A DNA stretch of 64,000 nucleotides from Squalus acanthias (lineage: Eukaryota), in NCBI GenBank assembly GCA_030390025.1, contig CM059432.1:42100001-42164000 (forward strand), written 5' to 3'. This document shows, in pieces, positions 10,805 through 23,689 of this stretch (position 1 is its first letter; every line of letters starts with the position of its first letter). The notes below the pieces were generated by a model. It was given only the letters and a program-made list of their open reading frames with translations, was not told the origin of the DNA and made no database searches. The position numbers were made by a program, and so were the translations under genes.

Positions 10805-11558
10805 CAGGGGGTGTCAAACTCAATTTACATGGTGGGCCTGATCCACTATCCTGGCACTTGGTGTGGACCACATTCAGCAAAAGTTATTCAGACACACTGA
10901 GGTAGAAATCTCCCTCCTCCTCCCTCAACCCCAATCTACGTTTCCCAGCCCCTGCAGTCCCAAACTCAGTCTCCTGAGCCCCCCGTTCCCAATCCCAATC
11001 TCAGTCTCCCGACACCTGTCATCACAATCTCATTGTCCCTACCCCCCCAGTCCCAATCTCAGTATCCTGACCGCACCACCCCACCCCCACCGAGTACCAA
11101 TCTCAGTCTCCCGACCACCCAGTCCCAATCTCAGTCTCCCGAGCACCCCCCCTCCCGCCCCGAGTCCCAATCTCAGTCTCCCAAGCCCCTACGGCAAATC
11201 CAATCTCAGTCTCCTGTCTCCCGCAGTCCCAGTCTCAGTCCCCCGATGCCCCCCGTCCCAATCTCCTGCCCCGTAATCAGCCAGCCCAGCCCCGCATCTC
11301 TCCATGCTCCTTCTCTCTCCCTTTCACATTCTGACCACTCCTAAGTGAGTGCTGGCTCTATGCCAGGGAGGGGGGGTGTTGATATTATTGAGAGGGCAGG
11401 GGAGTGAGAGAGGGAGCGCTGCTGCGGCACAAAGTTTAAAAGCCGCTTCTCACAGCCTGGGAGATTCGTGTCCCATTTCAGAAGACATGGCAACACTAAA
11501 TGCAGGACAACGTGGGCCGGATTAAACTGTACTATGGCCCGCATGTTTGACACTCCTG
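10805..11558. mobile_element. Non-autonomous hAT-type element containing a minisatellite
   Basis: TIRs CAGGGGGTGTCAAAC / GTTTGACACTCCTG. Imperfect 8-bp TSD CCTTAGAG / TTTTAGAG. Confidence 0.75.
10920..11280 (+). repeat. C-rich minisatellite with core AGTCCCAATCTCAGTCTCC
   Basis: About ten degenerate copies of the core inside the hAT element. Confidence 0.85.
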
Positions 11559-11559
11559 T

Positions 11560-11730
11560 TTTAGAGCCCAATCCTGTCCTCATTTATCATCCACTTCCTA
11601 AACTGAGGCCAATTGTACCATCTCTACTATTGCTATGGGTGAGACTAGCTAACTCAGCACAGAACAGGATACAACCTGGGACCTTGCTACCATTTATGAT
11701 TCAGCCTCCTGTTCTGTAACACTGAGCCAC
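11560..11730 (-). mobile_element. Degenerate tRNA-derived SINE fragment
   Basis: The reverse complement begins GGTGGCTCAGTG (A-box-like) and includes CCCAGGTTGTATCC (decayed B-box-like). Confidence 0.4.
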
Positions 11731-12989
11731 CCTTCCCCCCACTCCCCCCAACCCCCCAACCCGCATCCTCGGGATTATTTTGCATGGCTGTCTTTCGGTA
11801 CAGCTTCCATTTCAATTGTGGTAAAGCAGCACAAAGAACCTGCAGAAAGTAGATTTACTCCAGCACTTGCATCTAAAAGAATTTTGTCTAACCTTTCTCA
11901 ATACAATGGCGATAGTATTCTGAGTATGAAAGCGAGATGTGTATTGTAAGTGTGGGGCAGGACAGTGAATTATCAGCTTCCTCCATGTGCAGGAGAAATA
12001 ATGAGTGGCAGAGATAAGACCTGTGAACAGCTGAGATAACATTTTCTTCTATGCATGGGAATGCGCGTGGGTGCTCCTACAATTTGCATGTTTGCATTCA
12101 CAGGGTATATTTTCCAGTTGGTGGAACAGGCATGCGAGGGCCAGGAAATTGCACAGAGAATCATATTGTCACATCCCTGTCTGAATTACAGTCAGTGCAA
12201 GAGCTTTATTATCATATTTAAATTGATGGTAATGGCATTACAAAGCGGCATAACATGATTCCCAGATTTTCTTATGGTGGTTGCGCTCTGCATTCAGCTC
12301 ACTCATAAAAAATGGGTAATGAAGGCCAGACATGTTCTGACGTTTCGGAAGTTTACTCGTTAAAGAGTGAACTACATTATTTTTTAAAGGTGGACTGTTG
12401 TTAGTGTCATTTTTATTTGGATTTTGACAGCTGGATTCCTGATTGCTGGCTTTTTTTGTTGCATTTTTATTTGCAAGATTTTTGATTGCTACAATCAAAA
12501 ATGGAATATGATTTCCTACAGGTGCTTCTCCATATTTGAGTTTCTTTCAACCCTAATACTCTAGATATTTTTGGCTTCTGTGTTTCAGGCTGCTCTTGGA
12601 GGTGAGCCCTAGCTCTCTTTGTCTTTGAAAGTATTTTCACTTGCCCTGCTATCTAGGTAAATTTCTTCACAGGATAATGAACAGAGTACTCCCACATCGT
12701 TCTTTCTGGAGGGCCTCCTGGCCCCTGTGGGTAGAGGGCCACTCTTGCATTGTTGACCCCCTGCACAAAGCTAGAGTGCTGTGTGTGAGACCCTCGGTGC
12801 CCCTTCCCTGGCTTGCTGAGCCATTTGTGTTAGTGCTGAGGCAGTTTTCCCATTTGTTGAGGTTAGGAAGGTAATTCAGCTTTAACAGCTGAATATTCAC
12901 ATTTGGAACTTCTTTTAAATATTGAATATTTCTTAAAAGGCAGAAAGGGCTGAAAAATGTATTGATTTTGTATTGCTTCAGTGTGCCTG

Positions 12990-13265
12990 GCCCCATTAAA
13001 TCTCAGACCTCTTCATTGCCCACAATTCCCTGCGAGCGCCACAGCTTCGCTCACAGAGGTTGTGGGAAGCCGCAACGCCGGACCTGGACAGGAACTTCAT
13101 CCCAGATCCCTCCAGCAACGCCACCAGGGCGACGTTGCACGGAAGGTGAGCGCTGCGCCACCTATCTCCATGCCCCCCAGACCAATTTCACTCGGTTAGC
13201 GTTGCGGCCATTTCCAGCGGCCATTAACTGCGGCAACTTTGCTGGCGAACACAAACTTTTCCCCC
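12990..13265. mobile_element. Terminal fragment of a Harbinger-type element
   Basis: CpG-rich patch ending AAACTTTTCCCCC, resembling the other Harbinger termini here. No second end found. Confidence 0.45.
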
Positions 13266-13366
13266 AGAGAATCTATTTTTAAATTACATCAGGTACAGGC
13301 TCCATCCTGTGCCTCCACAGGATCCCTCTGTTCTTTAGAAGGTGGCAGAGTCAGAACTACACTAGT

Positions 13367-14400
13367 ACAAAAGCAAAATACTGCAGATGCTGGAAATCTG
13401 AAATAAAAACAGAAAATGCTGGAAATATTCAGCATCTGTGGAGAGAGAAACAGATTTACTGTTTCAGGTCGATGACCTTTTGCCAGAACTGGAAAAAGTT
13501 AGAGATGTAACAGATTTTAAGCAAGTGCAGGGGCAGGGGAAGTGGGGAGGGGAGGAAAAAACAAAAGGAAGGTCTGTGATAGGGTGGAAGGCAAGAGAGA
13601 TTAAATGACAAAAGGGATGACTGTACAAAGCAAAAGGAGATGGTAATGGGACAAGTAAAGAAACAAAAGATGAGTCTAGAAGAGGTGTAAATGGGAATGG
13701 CAGAATCATCAACAGCTGCCATGTGAAAAAATAGGGGCAAAGGTTATGGTCTGAAATTGTTGCACTCGATGTTGAGTCCAGAAGGCTGTAAAGTGCCTAA
13801 TCGAAAGATGAGGTGCTGTTCCTCGAGCTAACGTTGATCTTCATTGGAACAGTGTAGGAGGCGAGGACAGAGAGATCAGAGTGGTAGTGGAGTGGAGAAT
13901 TAAAGTGACAGGCGACCGGAAGCTCGGGGTCACCCTTACGGACTGAACGGTGGTATTCCGCAAAGCGGTCACCCAATCTGCATTTGGTCTCCCCAATGTA
14001 GAGGAGACCGCATCGTGAGCAGCGAATACAGTATACTAAATTGCAAGAAGTACAAGTAAATCGCTGTTTCACCTGGAAGGAGTGTTTGGGGCCTTGGACA
14101 GTGGGAAGGGAGGAGGTAAAAGGGCAGGTGTTGCATCTCCTGCACTTGCATGTGAAGGTGCTGTTGGAAGGGGAGGGGGTGTTGGGGGTGATTGAGGAGT
14201 GGATCAGGGTGTCGCGGAGGGAGTGGTCCCTTTGAAATGCTGAAAGGGGAGGGGAGGGGAAGATGTGTTTGGTGGTGGAATCATGCTCGAGGTGGCGGAA
14301 ATGGCGGAGGGTGATCCGTTGAATGTGCAGGCTGGTGGGACAGAGACTCTGTCGCATTCGCTTTGTAGAACACCTCCGTTTAGTCCATAAGCGTGACCCC
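13367..14400 (-). mobile_element. Penelope-like retroelement 3' part with GIY-YIG endonuclease remnant; short inverted piece at about 14341-14400
   Basis: ORF 13797-14357 contains CKCRRCNTC...FTCTSCNLVYCIRCSRCGLLYIGETKCRLGDRFAE. A decayed hammerhead-like motif lies near 13451-13490. 14357-14400 matches the reverse complement of about 13927-13970. Confidence 0.85.
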
Positions 14401-15524
14401 TAACCTAAAAAACGGGTGTGTTGGGGTTGGGTGGGAGGTTAAAGACTTAAAAAACTGAATCCCAACCCCAACCTGCCTCAACCCGCCCACTCCCAGGTTT
14501 AGCTGAGGCGGGAAGGGGGGCTGCCAACCAACCCGCTCCCAGGAGGCAGGTTGTCTATTTAAATATTATAATACTGATCATGGTGATTCACTATTTCAAA
14601 TTTTACTCTGGCTGGCCGGCTTTCCCAGGCCTTGGGGAACCCGCCAACAAAAGGGAGGCAAGGACTGCTGGATCCAGGAGTTAAGTGCCTTTCCACTTAC
14701 CTGCTAGATCCCACATCCCTGCCTCACCAATCCCTGCGATTGGACAACTCCCCTGCCCCTTCCGATTTCCGCCCTAGGCCTCCCATCTGCCCCCAGAGGC
14801 CTCCAATCTGCCCTCCGACCCTTCCAATCTCCCCATGACCCCCCACCGACAACTCCGACCATCCCCCCACGAGGCCTCCGACCCCTCCCACCCCCAACAA
14901 GGCTGCCGATCTCTGCTCCCCCCTCCGCCCCCCAAATCCCCCTCCGGTCTCTGGTCCCCTCCCTCCAGCCCCAATCCTCCTCTGGCCTTCCCCTTCCAGT
15001 AACTGATCCTCCGCCGGCCACCCCACTCCGGCCCCGATCCTACGGCCCCAATCCTCCTCCAGCACTGTTCCTCCTCCAGCCCTGATCCCTCTGGCCCCGA
15101 TCCGCCGGTCTCGTTCCTCCTCTGGCCCCGATTAACCGGCCTCGTTCCTCCTCCAGCCCAAATCCATAGGCTCCGATCCTCCTCTGGCTCTGATCCTCTG
15201 GCCCTGATCCTCCTCTGACCTCCCTCCTCTGGCCCCGATCCTCTGGCCCCGATCCTACTCCTCCCCCGATCCTACGGCATCCGACTGCCCCCTCCCCGAT
15301 CCCTCCCTCCCTCCTTTTTGTGGCTTGATGCCGCAGGCCTATCCGCCCGACAGCCAGCCAGCCTCTCCATCTGGCTGGCTGTGGGCGGGAATCAGCGCTT
15401 TGAAATGCTAATCAGGCCCTGCCATTAAACTCGACAGGGCCTGCGGGAAACCCATTCTCCTGTGTTTCCCAACCACTTTCCAGCCACTCCGCTCCCTACC
15501 CGCCTCCAAATTAAAATTTCGGCC
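14401..15524. mobile_element. Non-autonomous Harbinger-type element with internal C-rich minisatellite; left end truncated
   Basis: Right end TTAAAATTTCGGCC. Repeats of CTCTGGCCCCGATCC at about 14950-15300. Confidence 0.6.
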
Positions 15525-16470
15525 TTTGTCTCTATTTATAAAGCCAAGGATCCCATATGATTTGCTAACAGCCTTATCCACTTGTTCTGCCGCCTTTAAA
15601 GATTTGTGTATGTGAATCCCCAGGTGTCTCTGTTCCTGCACCCCCTTTAAAATTGTACCATTTAATTTATATTGTCTCTCCTTATTTTTCCTACCAAAAT
15701 GCATCACTTTGCACTTCTCTGCATTAAATTTCATCTGCCATGTGTTTGCCCATTTCACCAATCTGTCTATGTCCTCCTGAAGTCTGTTACTATCCTCCTC
15801 ACTGTTTACATTTCCAAGCTTTGTGTCATTTGCAAACTTTGAATTTATTTTTATTCGTTCCTGAGATGTGGCAAGGCCAGCATTTATTGCCCATCCCTAA
15901 TTGCCTTTGAGAAGGTGGTGGTGAGCCGCCTTCTTGAACCGCTGCAGTCCGTTTGGTGAAGGTACTCCAACAGTGCTGTTAGGGAGACAGTTCCAGGATT
16001 TTGGCCCAGCGATGATGAAGAAACAGCAGTATATTTCAAAGTCAGGATGGTGTGTGACTTGGAGGGGAACTTGGAGGTGGTGGTGTTCCCATCTGTCTGC
16101 TGCCCTTGTCCTTCTAGGTGGTAGAGGTCGCGAGTTTGGGAGGTGCTGTTGAAGAAACCTTGGCGAGTTGCTGCAGTGCATCTTGTAGATGGTACACACT
16201 GCAGATATGGTGCACCGGTGGTGGAGGGAGTGCATGTTTAAGGTGGTGAATGGGGTGCCAATCAAACAAATTATGCCCTGTGTACCCAAGTCCAGGCCAA
16301 TAATATATATTTAAAAGAGCATTGGTACTAATAACAACCCTGGAGGACACCACTGTGTACTTTCCTCCAGTCTGATAAACAACCGTTCACCATAACTCTC
16401 TGCTTCCTGTCTCTTAGCCAATTTAGTATCGATGCTGCCACATCCCCTTTAGTCCCATGGCTTCAATTAT
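15525..16470 (-). mobile_element. CR1 LINE RT fragment interrupted by a CR1-group family B 3' end (about 15846-16265)
   Basis: WANTWQMKFNAEKCKVMHFGRKN motif. The inner piece carries the family B tail (...HHHLLKGN*) also seen at 18440 and 26083. Confidence 0.8.
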
Positions 16471-19400
16471 TAAACTTTGATAACTCCGCATATAGTAAAA
16501 AATAAGTAGTTCACAACTCTTTTGTTAAAATATGCTATAATTAATTTTTATATCTAGTCATTCTTTTCCTCACCAAATACAAAATTATTTGGACTGGGTA
16601 ACACTTTACTTCAAAGATTCCAGACAGCCTGTTGAATCATTGAAATCTGCGCAAGGTAGACTTACTGATTTCGAAAAGGACAGACTGATAAATATCTTTA
16701 CAGTGGTGGCTAGTACCGAGCAGAATTTAAAACAAAACTGTCTGTTAAATTCAAAGAGCTACTAATCAGATACATATTTGAAAATGTTACTTGGTATGTT
16801 TGTATTTGAATCGAGCGGCTTAGTTCCTCCATCAAGCAACTGCCTGACAATCAGCCAACTGATCATTACACAATGTACTGAGTTAAGCATGATTGCTGTG
16901 ATTGAACCTGGTTTATAACCCCTTGTGTGCCATGGCATGACTAAAGGAACAATTGCTCCCCAATCTCCTAATGTCAGATGGCATATTTCCATGATAGGCT
17001 GGAGTGCCATTGTCTCTTGGCCCAGAAAAGCATGTGTCCAGGGATGGCGGCATCCTCAGAGGTAGATTTTCAATTCTTCTCAATTCTTATATCTGTCTTG
17101 TTCCTATGATGCTTATAAGTTTTTCTGGTCCTCCTAGTTTCCTTTGCATAATGGAAGTGCTACATTCTTCATGCTAGGTGAGTGCTCATGTAATGAATTA
17201 GTTAAATCTATTGATGCATCTGTATACTGGTGCATGCATGTGTCCTGCATGCATGTTGTGGCCATGGTGCAGTGTGAAGGTGACTTCTGCTGTCTTCCAG
17301 ATGGAGCAAATTACACAAAGATGTCTATATTGGAGTCTCACTGTCATTTACTAGCAATATCTTCAATTGTGCCTTTGTATTGCTAAACATAGTGTGCGAC
17401 ATTATGCATAATATCAACATTGCTACCATAGTGCTGATCTAGTGCTGAGATTTTTATTGAGTGGGCCTGTTTCCAAGGAAGCACCTCAATAGAGAAGCTC
17501 CCTACCAATGTCAGTGTTGGTGACATTAGTTACTATTGCAAGATTATCTAGAATTAGGCAGAGCATCTTGATGGTGCTGGAGTTCAAACTTTCACAGCAT
17601 ATACAAGCCCGAGCACATACTCAGAACATCAGCTGATGCAATAACGGCTACCTGGTAGCTGTTTTACAGCAGAATTAAAGAATCCACCACGTAGTAAAAA
17701 AGCTGTAGTACGTCTTTTAAATAAAAGAAACATCATTACACTCCAAGATTTCATGGCAGAACAGGTGAAAGCCTACAGTCTGCTGGGATGAGTTCTCGTG
17801 GCACCTGTGTTTCACCTCTGATTGGTGGTTAACTATAATCTTCTGCTTGGAGGTTTTCTTGATATTATTGAAACTCTCGTAGACCTCTTGCCAAGTTTAT
17901 CTATTTTTCAACTGCTAAGTTATTTTCTCCCAGGCCTCCGTCTTGGCATTTGCATTTAGTAGATATAGTCCAGTGCCAGATATTGCCATCATTAAATGTG
18001 CACCTGCAAACAATAAATAAAAGAGGGAGAATGATGCCTTTGCCTTATACTTCCTAAAGAAGAAATATTTATAAAGTTCTAGCATCCTCATTGTGTTGAA
18101 GGCAAGACACATTGCATCGTCTCTTACTCTAATTCATTCTTTCTCAAGACATCAAAACTCCTTACACCCATCAGTCATTGCTTTCTTTTACAATATACAG
18201 GTTTTTAAACCCATGCTTGAATCACCGCTTCCTGGTTTACTTCATCCTCTCTCCTGCTCTTTTCAACCTTCTGGGCCCGCCCTTTCAAATAAAAAAAAAG
18301 CAAAATTATTGATAGCATGCGTTTAAACTGCAAGATGATACCCTTACTTTGCAAGTACATCAGTGTCTTACCCTTCGAGTAGTATTCAAAACAAGAAAAG
18401 AAAATTGGTGTCATGTAGGCTTTCATAGTTGATGTAATTTTTTTTTTATTCATTCCTGGATGTGGGCGTCACTGACAAGGCCAGCATTTATTGCTCATCC
18501 CAAATTGCCCATGAGAAGGTGGTGGTGAGCCGCCTTCTTGAACCGCTGCAGTCCATGTGGTGAAGGTACTCCCACAGTGCTGTTAGGGAGGGAGTTTTAG
18601 GATTTTGACTCAGTGATGATGAAGGAACGGCAATATATTTCCAAGTCAGGATGGTGTGCAACTTGGAGGGGAACTTGGAGGTGGCGGTGTTCCCATGCGC
18701 CTGCTGCCCTTGTCCTTCTAGGTGGTAGAGGTCGCGGGTTTGGGAGGTGCTGTCGAACAAGCCTTGGCGAGTTGCTGCAGTGCATCTTGGAGATGGTATA
18801 CACTGCAGCCATGGTGCGCCAGTGGTGGAGGGAGCAAATGTTTAAGGTGGTGGATGGGGTGCCAATCAAGCAGGCTTCTTTGTTCTGGATGGTGTCAAGC
18901 TTCTTCAGTGTTGTTGGAGCTGCACTCATCCAGCCAAGTGGAGAGTATTCCATCACACTTCTGACTTGTGCCTTGTAGATGGTGGAAAGGCTTTGGGGAG
19001 TCAAGAGTTGAGACATTCACTGCAGAATGCCCAGCCTCTGACCTGCTCTTGTTGCCACAGTATTTATGTGGCTGGTCCAGTTAATTTTCCTGTCAATGGT
19101 GACCCCCCAGGATATTGATGGTGGGGGATTCGGCGATGGTAATCCCATTGAATGTCATGGGGAGCTGGTTAGACTCTCGGTTTTTGGAGATAGTCATTGC
19201 CTGGCACTTGTGTGGCACGAATGTTACTTGCCACTTATCAGCCCAAGCCTGAATGTTGTCCATGTCTTGCTGCATGAGTGCATGGACTGCTTCATTATCT
19301 GAGAAGTTGCGAATAGAACTGAACACTGTGCAATCATCATCGAACATCCCCACTTCGGATCTTATGATGGAAGGAAGGTCATTGATGAAGCAGCTGAAGA

Positions 19401-19971
19401 TGGTTGGGCCTAGGACATTGCCCTGTGGAACTCCTGCAGCGATATCCTGGGGCTGAGATGTTTGACCGCCAACAACCACAACCATCTTCCTTTGTGCTAG
19501 GTATGACTCCAGCCAGTGGAGAGTTTTCCCCTAATTCCCATTGACTTCAATTTTACTAGGGCTCCTTGATGCCACACTTGGTCTAATGCTGCCTTGATGT
19601 CAAGGGCAGTCACTCTCACGTCACCTCTGGAATTCAGCTCTTTTGTCCATGTTTGGACCAAGGTTGTAATGAGGTCTGGAGCCGAGTGATCCTAGCGGAA
19701 CCCAAACTGAGCATCGGTGAGCAGGTTATTGGTGAATAAGTGCAGCTTGATAGCACTGTTAACGACACCTTCCATCACTTTGCTGATGATTGAGAGTAGA
19801 CTGATGGGGCGGTAATTGGCCGGATTGGATTTGTCCTGCTTTTTGTGGACAGGACATACCCGGGCAATTTTCCACATTGTCAGGTGAATGCCAGTGTTGT
19901 AGCTGTACTGCAACAGCTTGGCTAGAGGAGCGGCTAGTTCTGGAGCACAAGTCTTCAGCACGATAGCCAGG

Positions 19972-21472
19972 AACCAAAGTTGGTCCATTGCAGTCAGATA
20001 CGGGGGAATATATAACGGGAAATAAGGAAATGGCAGACCAACTAAATGCATACTTTGGGTCAGTCTTTACGAAGGAAGACACAAAAAACCTCCCTGGGAT
20101 ATCGGGAAAAATAGGGACATTGGCAAAGGAGGAACTGACGCAAATCAATATCTCTAAGGATATGGTGTTAAGGAAGCTAAAGGGATTGAAGGCGGACAAA
20201 TCCCCAGGGCCTGATAACATGCATCCTAGGGTACTGAAGGAGGTGGCCCTAGAGATAGTGGATGCACTAAGTATGATTTTTCAGAATTCATTAGACTCGG
20301 GAACAGTGCCCATGGATTGGAGGGTAGCTAACGTTACCCCACTATTCAAAAAGGGGGGTAGGGAAAAAGCAGGTAATTACAGACCTGTAAGCCTTACATC
20401 AGTTGTGGGCAAAATGCTGGAGTCCATCATTAAGGATGAAATAGCGGAGCACTTAGCAAGTGGGGACAGGATAGGACAGAGTCAACATGGATTTACAAAG
20501 GGTAAATCGTGCTTGACTAATCTATTGGAATTTTTTGAGGGAGTAACTGGTAAAATAGATGGGGGAGAGCCAGTAGATGTGGTGTACCTGGACTTCCAAA
20601 AGGCCTTTGACAAGGTCCCACATAAAAGATTAGCATGGAAAATTGAAGCTCATGGGATAAAGGGGAAAGTATTGACGTGGATAGAGAACTGGCTGTCAGA
20701 TAGAAAACAGAGAGTTGGAATAAACGGCTCATTTTCTGAATGGCAGGCAGTAACAAGTGGGGTACCACAGGGATCTGTCCTGGGTCCCCAGCTGTTCACA
20801 ATTTACATTAATGACCTGGATCAGGGAGTCGGATGCAGCATTTCCAAATTTGCAGACGACACTAAACTAGGAGGGGGGGTGGGCTCAGAGGAGGAGACCA
20901 GGAAGCTCCAGAGCGATTTGGACAGACTGGGTGATTGGGCGGATAAATGGCAGATGCACTATAATGTGGACAAGTGCGAAGTTATCCACCTTGGGTGCAG
21001 GAACGGGAGGGCAAATTATTATTTAAATGGCAATAAATTGGGAGAGGGGGAAGTACAGAGAGACCTGGGTGTTCTTGTACACCAGTCACTGAAGGCGAGC
21101 ATGCAGGTGCAACAGGCGGTCAAGAAGGCAAACGGTATGCTGGCCTTCATAGCAAAAGGGTTGGAATACAGGAACAGGGATACCTTGCTGCAGCTGTACA
21201 GGGCACTGGTGAGACCACACCTCGAGTACTGTGTACAGTTTTGGTCGCCTCATCTGAGGAAAGATGTTCTTGCCATGGAGGGGGTGCAGCGGCGATTCAC
21301 CAGGCTGATACCAGGAATGGCGGGATTGACCTATGAGGAGAGACTATGTAGTTTAGGGATGTACACACTGGAGTTTAGAAGATTGAGAGGGGACCTCATA
21401 GAAGTGTATAAAATTCTGACAGGTCTAGACAGACTAGATGCAGAAGGAATGTTTCCCTTGGCGGGTGAGAAC
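19972..21472 (+). CDS. CR1 ORF2 reverse-transcriptase segment, open throughout, truncated at both ends
   Basis: ORF track 19988-21556 has NYRPVSLTS, QHGF, LDFQKAFDKVPH, GVPQGSVLGP, KFADD and RPHLEYC. CR1 similarity stops at ...EGMFPLAGE; the remaining residues are read-through into the antisense host LINE. Confidence 0.9.
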
Positions 21473-21560
21473 ATGTTGTCGGGGCCCATCGACTTTGCTG
21501 TATCCAGTGCGCTCAGCCGTTTCTTGATATCACGTGGAGTGAATCGAATTGGCTGAAGAC

Positions 21561-23133
21561 AACAACAACAACAACTTTTATTTATATAGTGCCTTTAATG
21601 TAGTAAAATGTCCCAAGGTGCTTCACAGGAGTATTATAAGACAAAAATTTTGACACCGAGCCACATAAAGAGAAATTAGGACAGATGACCAAAAGCTTGG
21701 TCAAACAGGTAGGTTTTACGGAGCGTCTTAAAGCAGGAAAGAGAGGTAGAGAGGCAGAGAGGTTTAGGGAGGGAATTCCAGAGCTTGGGGCCTAGGCAAC
21801 AAAAGGCACGACTACCAATGGTTGAGCGATTATATCAGGGATGCTCAAGAGGGCAGAATTAGAGGAGCGCAGATATCTCGTGGGGGTTGTGGGGCTGGAG
21901 GAGATTACAGAGATTTGGAGTGGCAAGGCCATGGAGGGATTTGAAAAGAAGAATGAGAATTTTGAAATTGAGGCGTTGCTTAACCAGGAGCCAATGTAGG
22001 TCAATGAGCACAGGGGTGATGACCTCAAGTTTACGTAGGGTAGAACGTGGGAGGCCAGTCAGAAATAATCAAGTCTAGAGGTAACAAAGGCATGGATGAG
22101 GTTTTCAGCAGCGGATGAACTGAGGCAAGCGCGGAGATGGGCGATGTTACAGAGGTAGAAAAATGCGGTCTTAGTTATGCCGTAGGAAACGTGGTTGGAA
22201 GCTCATTTCAGGGTCAAATATGACACCAAAGTTGCGAACAGTGTGGTTCAGTCTCAGACAGATGTTAGGGAGAGGGATGGAGTCAGTAACTAGGGAACGG
22301 AGTTCGTGGCAGAGACCAAAAACAATGGCTTTGGTCTTCCCAATATTTAATTGGAGAAAATTTCTGCTCATCCAGAACTAGATGTCGGACAAGCAGTCTG
22401 ACAATTTAGAGACCGTGGAGGGGTCGAGAGAAGTGGTGTCGTCAGTGTACATGTGGAAACTGACACTGTGTTTTTGGATGATGTCGCCAAGGGGCTGCAT
22501 GTAGATGAGAAATAGGAGGGGGCCAAGAATAGATCCTTGGGGGGACACCATAGGTAATGGAGTGGGAAGAGAAACCATTACAGGTGATTCGCTGGCTACG
22601 ATTAGATAGAATGGAACCAGGCGAGTGCAGGTCCACCCAGCTGGACAATGGTGGAGAGGCGTTGGAGGAGGATGGAGTAGTCAACCGTGTCAAAGGCTGC
22701 AGACAAGTCAAGAAGGATGAGGAGGGATAGTTTATCTTTGTCACATTCACAAAGGATGTCATTTGTGACTTTGATCAGAGCCATTTCGGTACTGTGGAAG
22801 GAGCGGAAACCTTATTGGAGGGATATAAACATGGAGTTGCGGGAAAGATGGACACGGATTTGGAAGGCGACAGCATTGTCAAGGACTTTGGAGAGTAAAG
22901 GGAGATTGGAGATGGGGCAGTAGTTTGCAAGGACGGAGGGGTCATGGGTTGGTTTTTTGAGGAGAGGGGTGATGACAGCAGATTTGAGTGAGAGGGTGAC
23001 AGTACCTGAGGAGAGAGAACCATTAACAATGTCAGCAGTTTGGTGGGAATAGGGTCAAGGGAGCAGGAAGTGGTTCTCGTGGACAAGATGAGCGTGGAGA
23101 GGTCATGAGGGAAGATCGGAGAGAAACTGGAGA
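21561..23133 (-). mobile_element. L2-clade LINE with (TTG)n tail, inserted into the family B LINE
   Basis: Same family as 8235-10432, with (CAA)n at the left end. AAGAC direct repeat at 21556-21560 and 23134-23138. Confidence 0.9.
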
Positions 23134-23689
23134 AAGACTGGCTTCTGTGATGGTGGGAACTTCAGGAGGAGGCCGAGATGAATCAGCCACTCGGCACTTC
23201 TGGCTGAAGATGGTTGTGTCAAGGTAAAGGGGAATATTTACATAATTATAATGAGTACATTTGGAAAATTGCTGCATTCTAAACACAAGCATTGTTTTTT
23301 TTTAATATAACTTGCTGGACTTGGAGCAGTCCTGCAAAGCATGGAGCCATGGTATTTTGACAGATCGGTTAAGAGCTCAAGAAAGCATGGAATGAGGAAA
23401 GTCCATTGAGACTTCCTTCTACAGACTGCATGCAATCTCTCCTTTTATATACACTATCCATTTAATCTCCTAGGAAAGATTCTGCAAAATTCCTCTTTAA
23501 TAATGCAAAGAAAACTAAGAAAAATGTCAGATTATCTATCCAGTCTTGCATCCTACATTATTCATTCTTGATTAAGCACCTTCCTCAACATACCATTTTT
23601 ATGGTGTCGGTCGTTCATTTGATCATCTTTAATTGTACGCATGATGGCCTTCAATCCATTTCTTAATCAAACCATCCTGCTCTTTTTTA

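Larger units (their letters stand above)
18440..23222 (-). mobile_element. CR1-group LINE family B, hosting two insertions (19972-21472 and 21561-23133)
   Basis: RT motifs NPANYRPISLLSIISKVME, GVPQGNVLGPTIF and MFDDDC. The host sequence resumes in register at 21473-21560 and 23134-23222. Confidence 0.85.

Noticed and set aside
10863..11344. Pro/Ser/Gln-rich ORFs
   Set aside because: They derive from the minisatellite inside the hAT element.
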